Shown: in pieces, positions 9,746 through 20,000 of the stretch
Numbering within the stretch: the stretch's first letter is position 1
Layout of the letters: each line of letters opens with the position of its first letter
Assembly (NCBI GenBank): GCA_000934665.2
Contig: KZ538470.1
Coordinates: 48,003-68,002, forward strand
Direction: 5' to 3'
Origin: Catajapyx aquilonaris
Lineage: Eukaryota
Length of the DNA stretch: 20,000 nucleotides
Program-made: the position numbers and the translations under genes
The notes under the pieces: model-generated
Seen by the model: only the letters and a program-made list of their open reading frames with translations
Databases searched by the model: none
Told to the model about the DNA's origin: nothing

Positions 9746-10307
9746 GTGGACCCACGAAGTAGTGGTGGTGACATCGCCTACGACAGTTACTTATTAGGCT
9801 GACATTTTTTCCAATCCGCTCTATACAGTCAGTTATAGCGTATTATTTGATTAAGGGCCGGTTGCTCTAGCTCTATGTGGAGAATCTGATATTATCGCCT
9901 TGCAAAATCTCTACATGACGACAAAAAAGCATTGCGCCCGCGACTATTTTTAAGAAATCGGTAATTCAAAATTTGACGTATCTGGCCTGGGTCATGGACA
10001 TAGAGCGTGGAAGATCTTCCTGAATTAATTGAAAATTTATTTTCAAAGGTCGCAGGAGACAACCATTGCAAACTATATTGATGTTCCACTGCAATTTTTG
10101 TATTAACGGCATTATGATGCTCAATTTCGCCACTGAGCATTTGAATATATTCACGTCCGTTTCGGTTTATTTCGCGGACTCTGCTGCGTCAAGATGGTAT
10201 GTGCACACCCCGTACTAGCCCGGAAGGAGAATCGATGGCGCACATCCCTCTCTTGCAGCCAAGGCCACTGTGACTTACGAAATTACGCGACATTTCCTAA
10301 TAATGGG

Positions 10308-10590
10308 TTTTCGAACGCGGAGTCAGGGTTGACTCGGAGACGGGGTTAACCCCCTGTTCGTACAGTACACATAATGGCACACTGCATTGCGGGGTCGAGT
10401 TGGATTTGGTGTCAACCCTGGTCTTGGTACTATCAGTCCAACAAGAATTGTCGCAGCGGCAGCGCACGAACTACAATCTACGAGCACAGGTATACGAGAG
10501 ACTGTAGTTCGTGCGCTGCCGCTTGCGACAATTCTTGTTGGACACCAGGTACCAGGGTTGACTCCTCCTGGGGTTGAGACCGTTCGAAAA
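10308..10590. mobile_element. Palindromic MITE-like element, possibly PIF/Harbinger-derived; boundaries uncertain
   Basis: Near-perfect ~44-bp stem 10436-10479 / 10499-10543; outer stem GTCAACCCTGGT 10411-10422 / 10551-10562; outermost TTTTCGAACG 10308-10317 / CGTTCGAAAA 10581-10590; no clean TSD. Confidence 0.65.
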
Positions 10591-10904
10591 TGGCGGGCAG
10601 AATCGAACAGGAAAAAGTGTTTTGAAGGTTGGATGATCAGGTGTGACATACAATCTCGTAAAGACCCTGGGTCTGAAGGACAGGACGCCCTACCCAGGTG
10701 TACGATATCTTCCCAAGAAAAGGGAGGTACTGTACCGTACTGGGTCGCAATCGAATACATCTGTGCTTTTTTTCGTCATGTACACGGATCCGATTCGACA
10801 CTGGGTTCAACTCTGGCTCACTTTCGACCCGGGATTATACTCAATCCTGAAATTTGCGCAGTTATTATATGTGTATGGGCCTATGTGAGCTGAATCTGGT
10901 ACAT

Positions 10905-11030
10905 GCTGTATACGTAGGTGTTCCAGCGAAACTTTGTGGTTTTCGCCAACGCTACTTTCCTTCTCTGCTCTCATCCTGTTCCCATGCAACATGGCCATAT
11001 TTGCCTCGGTTCCTTCAGTACACTGTAAAC
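10905..11030 (+). pseudogene. Possible decayed LINE RT fragment
   Basis: VYVGVP, FSPTLLSF and NMAIFA in order across frameshifts, matching GVPQGSVLSPTLF...ALFADD. Confidence 0.4.
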
Positions 11031-11292
11031 CGATCCAAATGAAAGTCGGAACATTGTAGACCACAAGACAGTTCCCACAAGCTTGCAAAAGCTACGCATG
11101 TTAATTGTGTAATAAATGAAACCTAACCAAACTGAATGCTACTTATTCTTGGGGAGAAGGCGTTTTCACTGTTATAATGATGGGTATCGTCACAATTGGC
11201 TGGAATCGTCATTTACATGTGCATTTACAGATAATAAAGTTGCTTAAAATGCACCAAATTATTTACGTAGAAATTGTAATAATACCTTACCT

Positions 11293-11345
11293 TCCCTCCC
11301 TGCGTGAATGAGGCAGGGAGGTTAAATAAATGAAATGAAATGTAA
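11293..11345 (+). mobile_element. 53-bp 5'-truncated non-LTR retroelement 3' end with 18-bp TSD
   Basis: TGTAATAATACCTTACCT at 11275-11292 and 11346-11363 flanks a 9-bp stem-loop (CCTCCCTGC/GCAGGGAGG), AATAAA and a TGAAA-repeat tail. Confidence 0.75.
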
Positions 11346-11644
11346 TGTAATAATACCTTACCTATTGGTGGCAAATGCATGTATGGCCATATTCTCATGG
11401 TCAGATTGTCGCAGTGTGCCTTTCATGTAGTTAATCTCGGCTTGTTAAATTGAATAGCTTTCAATCACAGAGTGGTATGTGGCGCTGTAGCAATAACATA
11501 TTATGGTAGGATGGTTCATTTTAGAGACCAATACATTCCAAAAGTCGCAACAGGAAAATTAAACACTACAAACTAATTTCTTTAAAACGCACACAAATAT
11601 TTCCTAACGCATTTTATCTCTGCCAAATACGCCACACCATAATA

Positions 11645-11890
11645 CTCAGTGTTCAGTACTAAATAATTCTAACGTCAGTCGAATGAACGAGATAATCCAT
11701 TTCCACGAGAAAGTTTCAGTGAAAATTAATTCAAATCGAGTTAAACTAACTCCATTGTATTTAGGGTTGTTGTAATGTTCCGCAATGCTAGAGCTGATGT
11801 ACAGTGTAGTGTATATGGTCGTAATTACATAGTTATTGATCCGCAATACAGCAGTATATATTAAATGAAACAATAATGACAGTACTTGTC
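11645..11890 (-). pseudogene. Decayed Penelope-like GIY-YIG endonuclease C-terminus
   Basis: Minus strand CHYCFI*YI (C..C..QYIG), LRINN (R.NEH), SSIAEHYNNP (VAEHFN.P.H), KWI and LNTE (GLN.D/E) in the expected order. Confidence 0.6.
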
Positions 11891-12549
11891 GAACCAGCTG
11901 ATTGGATTTATTTGGGATCCGAACCCAAACTCAAATTTGGCAAACGCTTTCGATACGTTTAGTTTTGGTCAGGTCAACTCCGCATCAGTGAGAGTAGGAT
12001 CTATTTTTCGCTCGTGACTGTAATAAAGGGATAGCCCTTGGCCAATACAAATGGGTACACTTTAGTGTAACATAATATAATGTGCGGAACATTCCTCTCC
12101 ACAGGATAGTTATGCACGGTAATCACTCTGGATGTCACAAACTGCCAGTCCCCACCCATTTTTCTGCCGCAGTGTGTTCAAAATCTGGCGCAAAAAACCC
12201 CAACACGTCACTCATTAAATCTCAATTGCAGCCTTCAAGAAATCTAACTGAAAGTTATTTCCAGTATTACAAAATACAACTGAAGGCAAATCTTAATAGC
12301 TGCCATCCTCCACGGCCTTCTAGGGACAGTGAGTAGGACACACGCACATTTTTGGCAGGGTCAGTAGTATACGGATATGTCAAGATCTGTTGATTACTGA
12401 TAACTCTCTTACCGGGGCGCCGCGCATGAACAACTATAAGGAAAATTACAATGGTTATCACAAATATAATTGCACCGAGATAACTACATTTATTGACCTG
12501 CCGAGAGAGGAAGCACGCGATATCAAGACCCGTGCAAACATCCCACTAA

Positions 12550-12745
12550 TGCATGTCTGGTTTGGCAGATCCCAAGTGGAGGCGCTGGTGTGCCACTCAC
12601 TTCAAGGGCCCAAATAGCAGACGATGCTTCGTGGCCAACTTGGACCTCTCGCCCTGGGTTTATCTTCAATTTTGAGAAAAGTTGAATATGTCGAGCATCG
12701 ATATTTTTTGCCATACTTTTACATCTAAAATGGTAAATCTATCTC
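12550..12745 (+). pseudogene. Possible decayed DIRS-like RT fragment
   Basis: WFG (PFG), IADD (YLDD), LG/FIFNFEKS (LGFIIN.EKS) and IDIF..TFTSKMVNLS (IEFLG..IDS..M.LS) across several frameshifts. Confidence 0.3.
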
Positions 12746-14134
12746 AGTGTCACTTGAAGAACCCGCCTAAGATATGGGTAATGGGTCACAAATGTGACTA
12801 TTTTGAATATGCTCTGAAAGATGCAGTAATCCGTAATGCCACATGAAAAAGTAGCTCGTATCCACATCAATGAAATGCACATTCTGCCACTTGCTTGTAC
12901 GTATAATGTGGCAGCCGTCAACCCAGAGCAGAGAGGCCATCGTCCGAAGTATTTCCGTCAATATGGAACTGATGTGACTTGAACACCTACGCTATATTTT
13001 GTACACACTTACACCAACTGACAGGATCTCTTAACAGGGCGCGGACCTTTCGGACCTTTTACTCAGTTACTGTACCACTTGAACAAGTGCATCACTTGTC
13101 CCGTGCCAACCCCAAAAAGTTTATAACCCAAAACCGGTCTGCACTTACGACCCCAAACTTACAAAAAGACCAGACTAAGAGGCATTTTCTGGGCAAAGGC
13201 AAGCGCTGTGCTTGTAATAGAGTTGCCAAGTCTGGCAAGCAACTCGTTGTGATTCATCGCACCGGTCGAGCTGAGCTGGACCCGCATAAATCACCTTCGC
13301 CAGGATTTTTCCCCCTCTCTTTTTTATACTAAATTACACTAAATTTCCAGGGCAGAAAGGCAGGATGGAGGGAAGAAGAGGAGGGGAGGCTCCATCCTTG
13401 CACCTCCTTCCCCCATCCCAGGATCCGATTTGCCGTCAGGTCTTCCCCAGACATCTAGCAGACGTGAGAGACATCCTAATCAGACGGGACCTTAGCCCCT
13501 TTCATACGCAGCAGGAGTACTAATCGCCTTTAACATGCTCATGTACACAAATATAACAAGGTGTGGTTGGGATGAACCGGGGAGCACAGGAGGCGACGAA
13601 CTGTGGAAATGTGCCGGATGACTATTAAGAAAATCGACATTAACCAGAGGTCAACTCCACCCTGGATTCAACCCTGACCCGGGATTACTCAACTCTGCCA
13701 TTTGAGCTATCATTACGTATATACTAGCCTTAATATAGTACCTAATGTCAGTCATGTCATGCAGCTATTTTTCGTAGAAATATCCACAGTATTGGTTCAC
13801 AGCATGTGTAAATATACATTCTTTTCGCGAGAATTACGTTGCACGTTCTGTACCTCGTTTCAGGCACGTCCGAACCGCCTCATTGCATGATCACTTCCTG
13901 CTCGATGCAAAACATTGTCAGTTGCTAGGAATTTGACCAGTCGGGTTTTTGCGCCACCCTTTTCCACTTACGCCTAGGTATTTTATTTCCAAGAAAACTA
14001 TTGACTTGAGAGGGGTATTGAATCTTTCACTATATCATGAGCCCATTTCCGATATTTCACATTTTTTACCAGGCTGAGAAGTAGGTCGCGTGGGTGTTTC
14101 CGACAATAGCATATTCGCATTTGCTAAAATCTTT

Positions 14135-14340
14135 GTGATAGAGCACCACGGCAAGAGTCTTCCTTTTTCGTTGAGAACCAACTACAATGACCAGCTTGGT
14201 GAACCAGAGTACCTGTACCATTATTGATGCCAGAATTAATATCGGCACAAGGATTATATTTTAAAGAGCTCAGAAATGTTAAAACACAGGCGTTCACATA
14301 ATAACTTAGTTGTGCTGCACATAAGCGTGAGAGGTGCACA
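14135..14340 (-). pseudogene. Decayed LINE RT fragment, Ingi/Vingi-like
   Basis: PLTLMCSTTKLLCERLCFNIS (PISLLC..YKLLERLI.NRI) then QVLWFTKLVIVVGSQRKRKTLAV (QVL.LT..IE.GFQRK.KT.AV); clade assignment is from memory. Confidence 0.55.
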
Positions 14341-15349
14341 GAACATGTCAAGTATATTCCAGTATAGTAGTGTACCTGTAATTTTCTCTCCAAATCTTGA
14401 CAAAAGACTTGATAGCATTTCAAATTTGCATTTTATATCACAACCTAATTCCAGCAAAGAAGGCTGTGGTGACATAGCGCCTGAATATAAGCTATAGTAA
14501 ATACCCTTTCGTCTTGCGAATCTCTCGTCCTATTACTGTAGACTCCGAGTTGATAACCAGGCACACATCGCGTGACTTTTCAAATTATGCATTACAATGG
14601 GGTGTGCATTATAGGGTTAAAAAAAGAACACTGCCATACCCATAGCTAATTTGACCTTAGGTGACTAAATATTTAGCTTGCATGTCTCTGTCCTTCGGTC
14701 CATCTCACCTCCCTGGGAACATGGGCACCAGTTTGAAATTCATTCATCACGGCAAATGGCCGGCTAGGAACGCGTGTAAATGGAGGGAAGGTGGGGGTAG
14801 GGTAGGGGGGCCAGCCGAATTTACAACTAGATGAGTGACAGACGCAACATTTTAATGTCCGTGCCGCAATATTCCACGGTATGCGATACATTTGCTGGTG
14901 CTGTTGTCATTCCCTCCAGCTCTTTTCATCGTGGCTCCAATTCTCCTGGTGATTCAAAAGAGGGCTAGTGTCACACGCGCCAAAAAAAACGTGCCATAGA
15001 TCGCAGAAATAATTTCATGGAGTGTATAGGTTCAAAGCCCGTTAAAGTAAGGATAACTTATGTACCCAAAAAAGGGGGGTCCTGGCGTTTGACAAGCGTC
15101 AGAATTCTAACATGGTGAAGGTTTTTTCCCCATTGACTTTCATCATCAGGACAGGTGTGTCCTGACCATTTTTTACATACAGTAAGTGATGGGTATGTAT
15201 TAGTCTACATACCCATTTACAAGGAAGGTGAAACTCATGTTGTTTTGGCTATTATTCCCGAGATAGAGTATGCGGGGAAATCGGTTGGCGTTCGACAAGC
15301 TGAATCCCAAGTCTGAAAGCAACAAACTTGACATTTGACCTGTATCGAC

Positions 15350-15450
15350 ACACTAGCTACATAAGCCCTGAATAATAAATGCGAATTCCCATCGTGGCCA
15401 AATGCTAGCTCCACATCCAATGTAATGCCCTTCCACATTAATTTAACTCT
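15350..15450 (-). pseudogene. Possible decayed LINE RT C-terminal fragment
   Basis: VKLMWKGITLDVELAFGH resembles VKYLGITLD..L.F..H, followed by LLFRAYVAS (LLY.A.V.S). Confidence 0.3.
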
Positions 15451-17378
15451 CACCACACCGATCGCTGACATTTGACGTTTTGAATGCAACCTCTCCAACA
15501 CGACATGTTACCCATCGACATTTTCATTATCTCCTGTTTGTTTACATGCCTCCCCTCTCCCCTCCCACACCCCCTATAGGTACAGTGCAGTATACCTTCA
15601 CCCTGCGAGTAACCCCAGATATCGCTCCCGGAAATAAAACTCCACATGTCACGTCCCACACCGCAATGTTTGGAAAGAGTTTGGGTGTGCTAATACATTC
15701 CATTGGTCGGGGTTGGGCTGGGGGAAGAGTGGCGAGGGAGGGCTTTGGCCATTCGTGTCCACCGGCAGCTGTACGCGTCCTTTTGTCAGCCGAGAATATT
15801 TAGAGAACACACAACCGCACACACACAGGATCGGGGGAGATGTGTGGAATAATTAAGCGGGCAGCTTACCCCATTGTGACGCGAACCAGATTTGCATTTC
15901 ATGTGCGAAAAAGGGGAAACCGCTTGCGCTCGGTCTCCAAACCCGCGCATGCGCAAATAAATCCCGCATTTTTGGGGCTGAAAATCTCCGCGCACATAAA
16001 TTGCGGGAGCTGCGTTTGCCTCCGTGTATACAGCTATTAGGCAGCTAAATTGGATCATGTGGCCTACGAGCTAAGTAACCGCACCCATGACGAGCCGTGC
16101 GTGATGAGCTCTGCCAAGGTCCACCCCTCTACCCACCTCCCTCACCCCCATCATCACCCATCCCCAACTCAAGTTCTAACTCCCCCAACTTCTCTCCAAA
16201 CTTCTATTCACAATTTTAGCAAATCGCCTACTTATTTGACAGTTGAGCGGAACGTGGGAGGCCAACATAATAGGATAACCTTTTTTTGCAAAATGCTCGT
16301 AGAGACGTTAAGTTTTAAAAGATTTGATTACAAATGGGTGTGGTTTCGGACCGATTTTCAATAAAATCTACACCCGAACTATGGAACCGTTCGTGCAGGT
16401 GCAATAGTCGCAAAAACTCGCGGCGATTGTACTCACATCCCATAATAACGGCTGATATTACATGAAAGGGAAAAGGCATGCTTGGAAAGATGAAAACACA
16501 CAAATGCGGGAATTAATATCCTATCACTCCGTCAATATCTAATTTCATACTCGAATTGAAACCGACATTCTCGTACTATTAATAACAACCATTCAACAAG
16601 CTATCCATGACGTTACAGGGTGAAGAGTGACTCAGCCCTGAGGAATGATTATACATAGGCTCCGTGTGGATGCCAATAGAACGTCAGCACTGAAGAGCTG
16701 AAGGTGTCAGCCATCTAATAATCTCCAAATAAGTAGCTAAGGGATCCTTCCTGCCCGGAAAAAGCTCTCTCGCCGAAAATTCCAAGCTATGTCTCCTGTC
16801 AGTCCCAGAATCAGAACACCGGGCTCTCGACATCTCGCCCGACTGGGTACTGTCTACGCTACTTCCCGTCGTATTATCCACTAAAAATATACTAACCTCC
16901 TGAGAATTCCCAACTCTACGGTACTTTTTGATCTCATGACATTTTGTAAATATGCATTACAATACAGATTTTGTCATAATGATCGATTGAACCTTTCTTT
17001 TTCCACATAAGAAATTCTCTGCCCTAAGCGAGAATCGAACGCGGAACATCATAGATTATTATTATAGTGTACATAATTCCATATATTTATAGCGCAATCC
17101 TACAGTGGTGTAATCAACTCGCATAATACGGTTAAATGAACCTACCCTTGATGCATGTAAATTCCTAGCAATTTAGTGTCGGGTAAGGGTAAGAACGGGT
17201 ATTTCAGCACCCTGCCACAGAGAATATTCGCCTCGGAAATGCTGGGGCAAACCAACCACCTTTCGAAAGATGTTGGTTGTGCAAAAATAACGGCTAAAGC
17301 GTGGCAGGCCAGTAGGTCGTCTCGACCGGTATATCCTAAGCCATGTGACCTACCCATGCTAAATATAGACCATCATAA

Positions 17379-17503
17379 GGGCCGGTTTCACCGAGCTTGG
17401 TATATGATAAAACCAGGTTTCTTTAGGAAAATCCATACAAATAGATAGGGATTTTGAGAAATACCCTGGTTTTATCATATACTGAGCTCGGTGAAACCGG
17501 CCC
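17379..17503. mobile_element. PIF/Harbinger (Tourist-like) palindromic MITE (125 bp)
   Basis: GGGCCGGTTTCACCGAGCT...AGCTCGGTGAAACCGGCCC with complementarity continuing ~43 bp inward; 3-bp flanks TAA (17376-17378) and TAG (17504-17506). Confidence 0.9.
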
Positions 17504-17658
17504 TAGCTCCTGATTCATCCTGACGCACCCGCAACCCTTTTGCCTCTTTTATTCGCCGGGCAGCATACATGCCAGGGGCTAATTGCATTTCCTCACAACA
17601 CAGTGCGCTGTAAGGAAATGCAAGTAGCCTAATACGATTCTGCCTTGACACTCACACT

Positions 17659-17691
17659 TTGTTGCTGTTGTTGTTGTTGTTGTTGTTGTTG
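17659..17691. repeat. (TTG)11 microsatellite with one CTG variant
   Basis: Directly visible; explains the poly-L ORF start. Confidence 0.95.
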
Positions 17692-19484
17692 TCATTATTA
17701 AACCGACTTCCTCCCCCCAAAAAATTGATATCAGCAAGAATGGGGAAGTGGACTATGTCGGTCATACAGCACAAAGACTCAGGTGGAGAGCATCACCAAA
17801 GGCATATGTGGTTAACGCCAGTGGTGATGTCAGTGCGAGTGTGTGGGTCTATCGCATGTTAACTTTTATGTTAAAATAGTCTGCCATGGACGGTTGCACT
17901 GTATTGACAACACCAAATCCATTTGGATTTGTCGACCAAGTTCGCGAGTTATTACATGATGATAGGCCTGAATGGCATGTTAATGCTCTCAACACGTGCA
18001 CCACTCAATGTGCAAGGATGCTTTATAGCATCCTCCACAGACTTGCTACCTTCCTGGAAACGCTTAATTATCACAAAAATCGTAATCCATACATGGTGTA
18101 TGTGAATCACACATTAATAACTGAAGTCTATACAGAATAGGAGCTACAGTGTTTCCAGAACCACCAGAACAGCACTGAAAATTCCCCAGCAAAAACTTAA
18201 CAAATCGAGTTACAGAGTTAAATTATGTGTTTTATCACATCTCTAGAATAACTGACACAGTAACCCAGTCTGACGGCTGCACAGTACGTAATGAGCAAGT
18301 AGAGTTAGCGTCCCCTTGGGCTTTAACGTTCAAGGGAGGAAAAAGGGGGAAAAAATAACAGAATCCCAAGCCAAAAAGGGGAAGAAAAAAGCGTGTCCAG
18401 GAGAGGTCCCTGATGAGAGACAAACCAATGCATACATTATTGGTCCCCCAGAGTGTTGGACGCGGTTTTCATTTACGCGTCCAATCGAATCCAGGAATGA
18501 AGTCTGGGGTAAGAAAAGGCCCCGGAAACAAGCTTCCATTCCACCAGATTAAGAACTTGAAGAGAAAAAGGGGTGGTGGTGCAAGGTAAAGGTGAAAGGG
18601 AGCGGAGGGGGAGCGGGGAGAAGGGTATCCGTATACATTTAAACCCTTCGCCTCGGGTGTGATCGATGATATCAATTTCATGAATCCATTAACTTCGGTA
18701 ATTACAAGTCGGCGCTGGAATACCAGATTTCGTCTTAAGATATCGGTAATGGGCTCGGGGCGCACTCGGGTGTCACTTGGAAAAAGACGGATAGCAGGGG
18801 GCCAAAGAAAAGGAGAGGATGGAGGAGAGTAAGAAGGCGGAAACTGCAACGCGCGACAATGAAAATGAGCGACACGGGAATGTAAACACGGCAAAAGGTG
18901 ATGCAGGACTGGAAATTGCCACCAAGGCTTGCATGGGAACACCTTCGATGCAGGGATCCAGGCTCCCAGGCCAACCCCAAATCCTGCTCAGTTTGTGTAC
19001 AGTAGCCTACATATTGTGCATATTATTCTAATTTTTATGAGCTTGTCAACTCGTGATTTTTTATTGATTATTTTTGCAATTTTTTTTCCCAAACAGCGAC
19101 GGAAAAAGTACACATGTGATAGTCTAGTAGAATCATTGCACGTTTTAAAGACTGCGGAAGAGTCAAGAAATTTCATGTCTTTAATTATAACAGTACAGAA
19201 TAACCTTTCACGCTTTGCACCCATGTCATAGGCTTGAAGGCGATTTCACAGGAGCGAGAGTCGGCAAAATTCCGACAATACGAATGTGAACTCAAAAGGG
19301 AAGTGTCTGTAGGGCCATCGGCCAATCGGCCCGAAAATGACACTAGGGGTAAATCGCAGGCCAGAAATTCATTGGTGAAAGTAAAAAGTCGCATTAGCCA
19401 AGCGTTTTCGAGATATGGGAGACTATAGGTGCCCGGCAAGCCTCGGTGACAATGGGGCGCATTCGGCAGAAGAAATTATAAGCA

Positions 19485-19557
19485 GTCTTCGTGGCTCAGT
19501 CGGTAGCGCGTCCGCGCCATGATCCGAAGTCTCCGCGTTCAAGTCCAAGGGAAGCCA
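19485..19557 (+). pseudogene. Degenerate tRNA-like sequence (tRNA pseudogene or SINE head)
   Basis: A-box TGGCTCAGTCGG (19492-19503), B-box-like CGTTCAAGTCC (19536-19546), 73-nt spacing and CAT at 19518-19520, but anticodon and acceptor stems are mismatched; followed by poly-C. Confidence 0.7.
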
Positions 19558-19765
19558 CTTCCCCCCCCCCCCNCCCTTGTCTCGGAGCATCGTTTTTCTT
19601 CCCCAACACCGTTTATCACCGCATATCTTCCCTTTTGCAATCAACAGGAATAAATAAACAGCTTGCTGGGAAGTGTATTACTTTTTTTCTTTTGCCGATG
19701 CTTACCTACTCTCTCCATGGCTTCATATTCGGAAAAATTAATAGTCACAAGCTCAGTAAATAATA

Positions 19766-20000
19766 CGAGGAGTGATCAAAAAGTAAGGTCTCCAATGCTG
19801 TAACCTTTATTCTGTATGAACACAAATGACGAAACTTACAGGGTACATGAGGACAATGGACATCTACTTTTCTACATAGTTTCCACACCGAAGAACGCAC
19901 TCGTCCCATCGCCAGACCAGTTTCTCAATCCCTTCCCAATAGAAAGGGGTGCCCTGTTGACAGCACCAGTCACGCAGCCTTCTTCACCTCATCGTCGCTT
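19766..20000 (-). mobile_element. Mariner transposon 3' end (continues beyond the window)
   Basis: TA (19764-19765) then a mariner-type TIR CGAGGAGTGATCAAAAAGTAAGGTCTC, ~100 bp from the transposase stop codon. Confidence 0.93.
19864..20000 (-). pseudogene. Mariner transposase C-terminus, frameshifted
   Basis: SDDEVKKA / frameshift / RDWCCQQGTPFYWEGIEKLVWRWDECVLRCGNYVEK*, the typical mariner 'FY..GI.KL..RW.KC....G.YVE' terminus. Confidence 0.93.

Noticed and set aside
10323..10893. Overlapping 145- and 168-aa ORFs
   Set aside because: They lie over a GC-rich palindrome, give mirror peptides on both strands and show no known motif.
16800..17047. Decayed tRNA-SINE heads (B-box-like at ~16805-16820 and ~17030-17043, minus strand)
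   Set aside because: No matching A-box, body or TSD.
17760..18060. Tc1 transposase C-terminal remnant (LPW, EW, LYSILHRLA)
   Set aside because: Key DNA.H and SPDLNPIE motifs are not recoverable and no TIR was found; too weak without an HMM search.
18456..18484. 9-bp perfect hairpin TTGGACGCG/CGCGTCCAA, plus similar short stems near 5115-5140, 13219-13245 and 13360-13401
   Set aside because: Short isolated stems are expected occasionally in 20 kb; no supporting context.
19230..19430. Possible MITE fragment (AGGCGATTTCAC..., CGTTTTCGAGATAT)
   Set aside because: Could not find a partner TIR or TSD.
19561..19576. Poly-C run containing an N at 19573
   Set aside because: Sequencing or assembly ambiguity in a homopolymer, not a biological feature.

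Overview
Non-coding eukaryotic DNA (intergenic or a large intron), most likely from a large-genome insect; the body of the SINE resembles my recollection of Lm1-like SINEs of orthopterans and relatives. I see no intact protein-coding gene, no rRNA and no CRISPR array. The ORF track is largely explained by microsatellites, palindromes and decayed transposon sequence. The window is a transposable-element graveyard: a tRNA-headed SINE with a 16-bp target-site duplication (TSD), MITEs of Tc1/mariner, piggyBac and PIF/Harbinger type, the 3' end of a mariner element running off the window, a 53-bp retro-insertion with an 18-bp TSD, and decayed fragments of LINE RT, a Penelope GIY-YIG endonuclease and possibly a DIRS RT. 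The most unusual object is a 1,226-bp foldback element (7351-8576) with long inverted arms, ends that are themselves ~51-bp palindromes, and an exact 13-bp TSD, longer than is typical for the DNA-transposon superfamilies I know. All protein-remnant calls were made by eye and need HMM confirmation.
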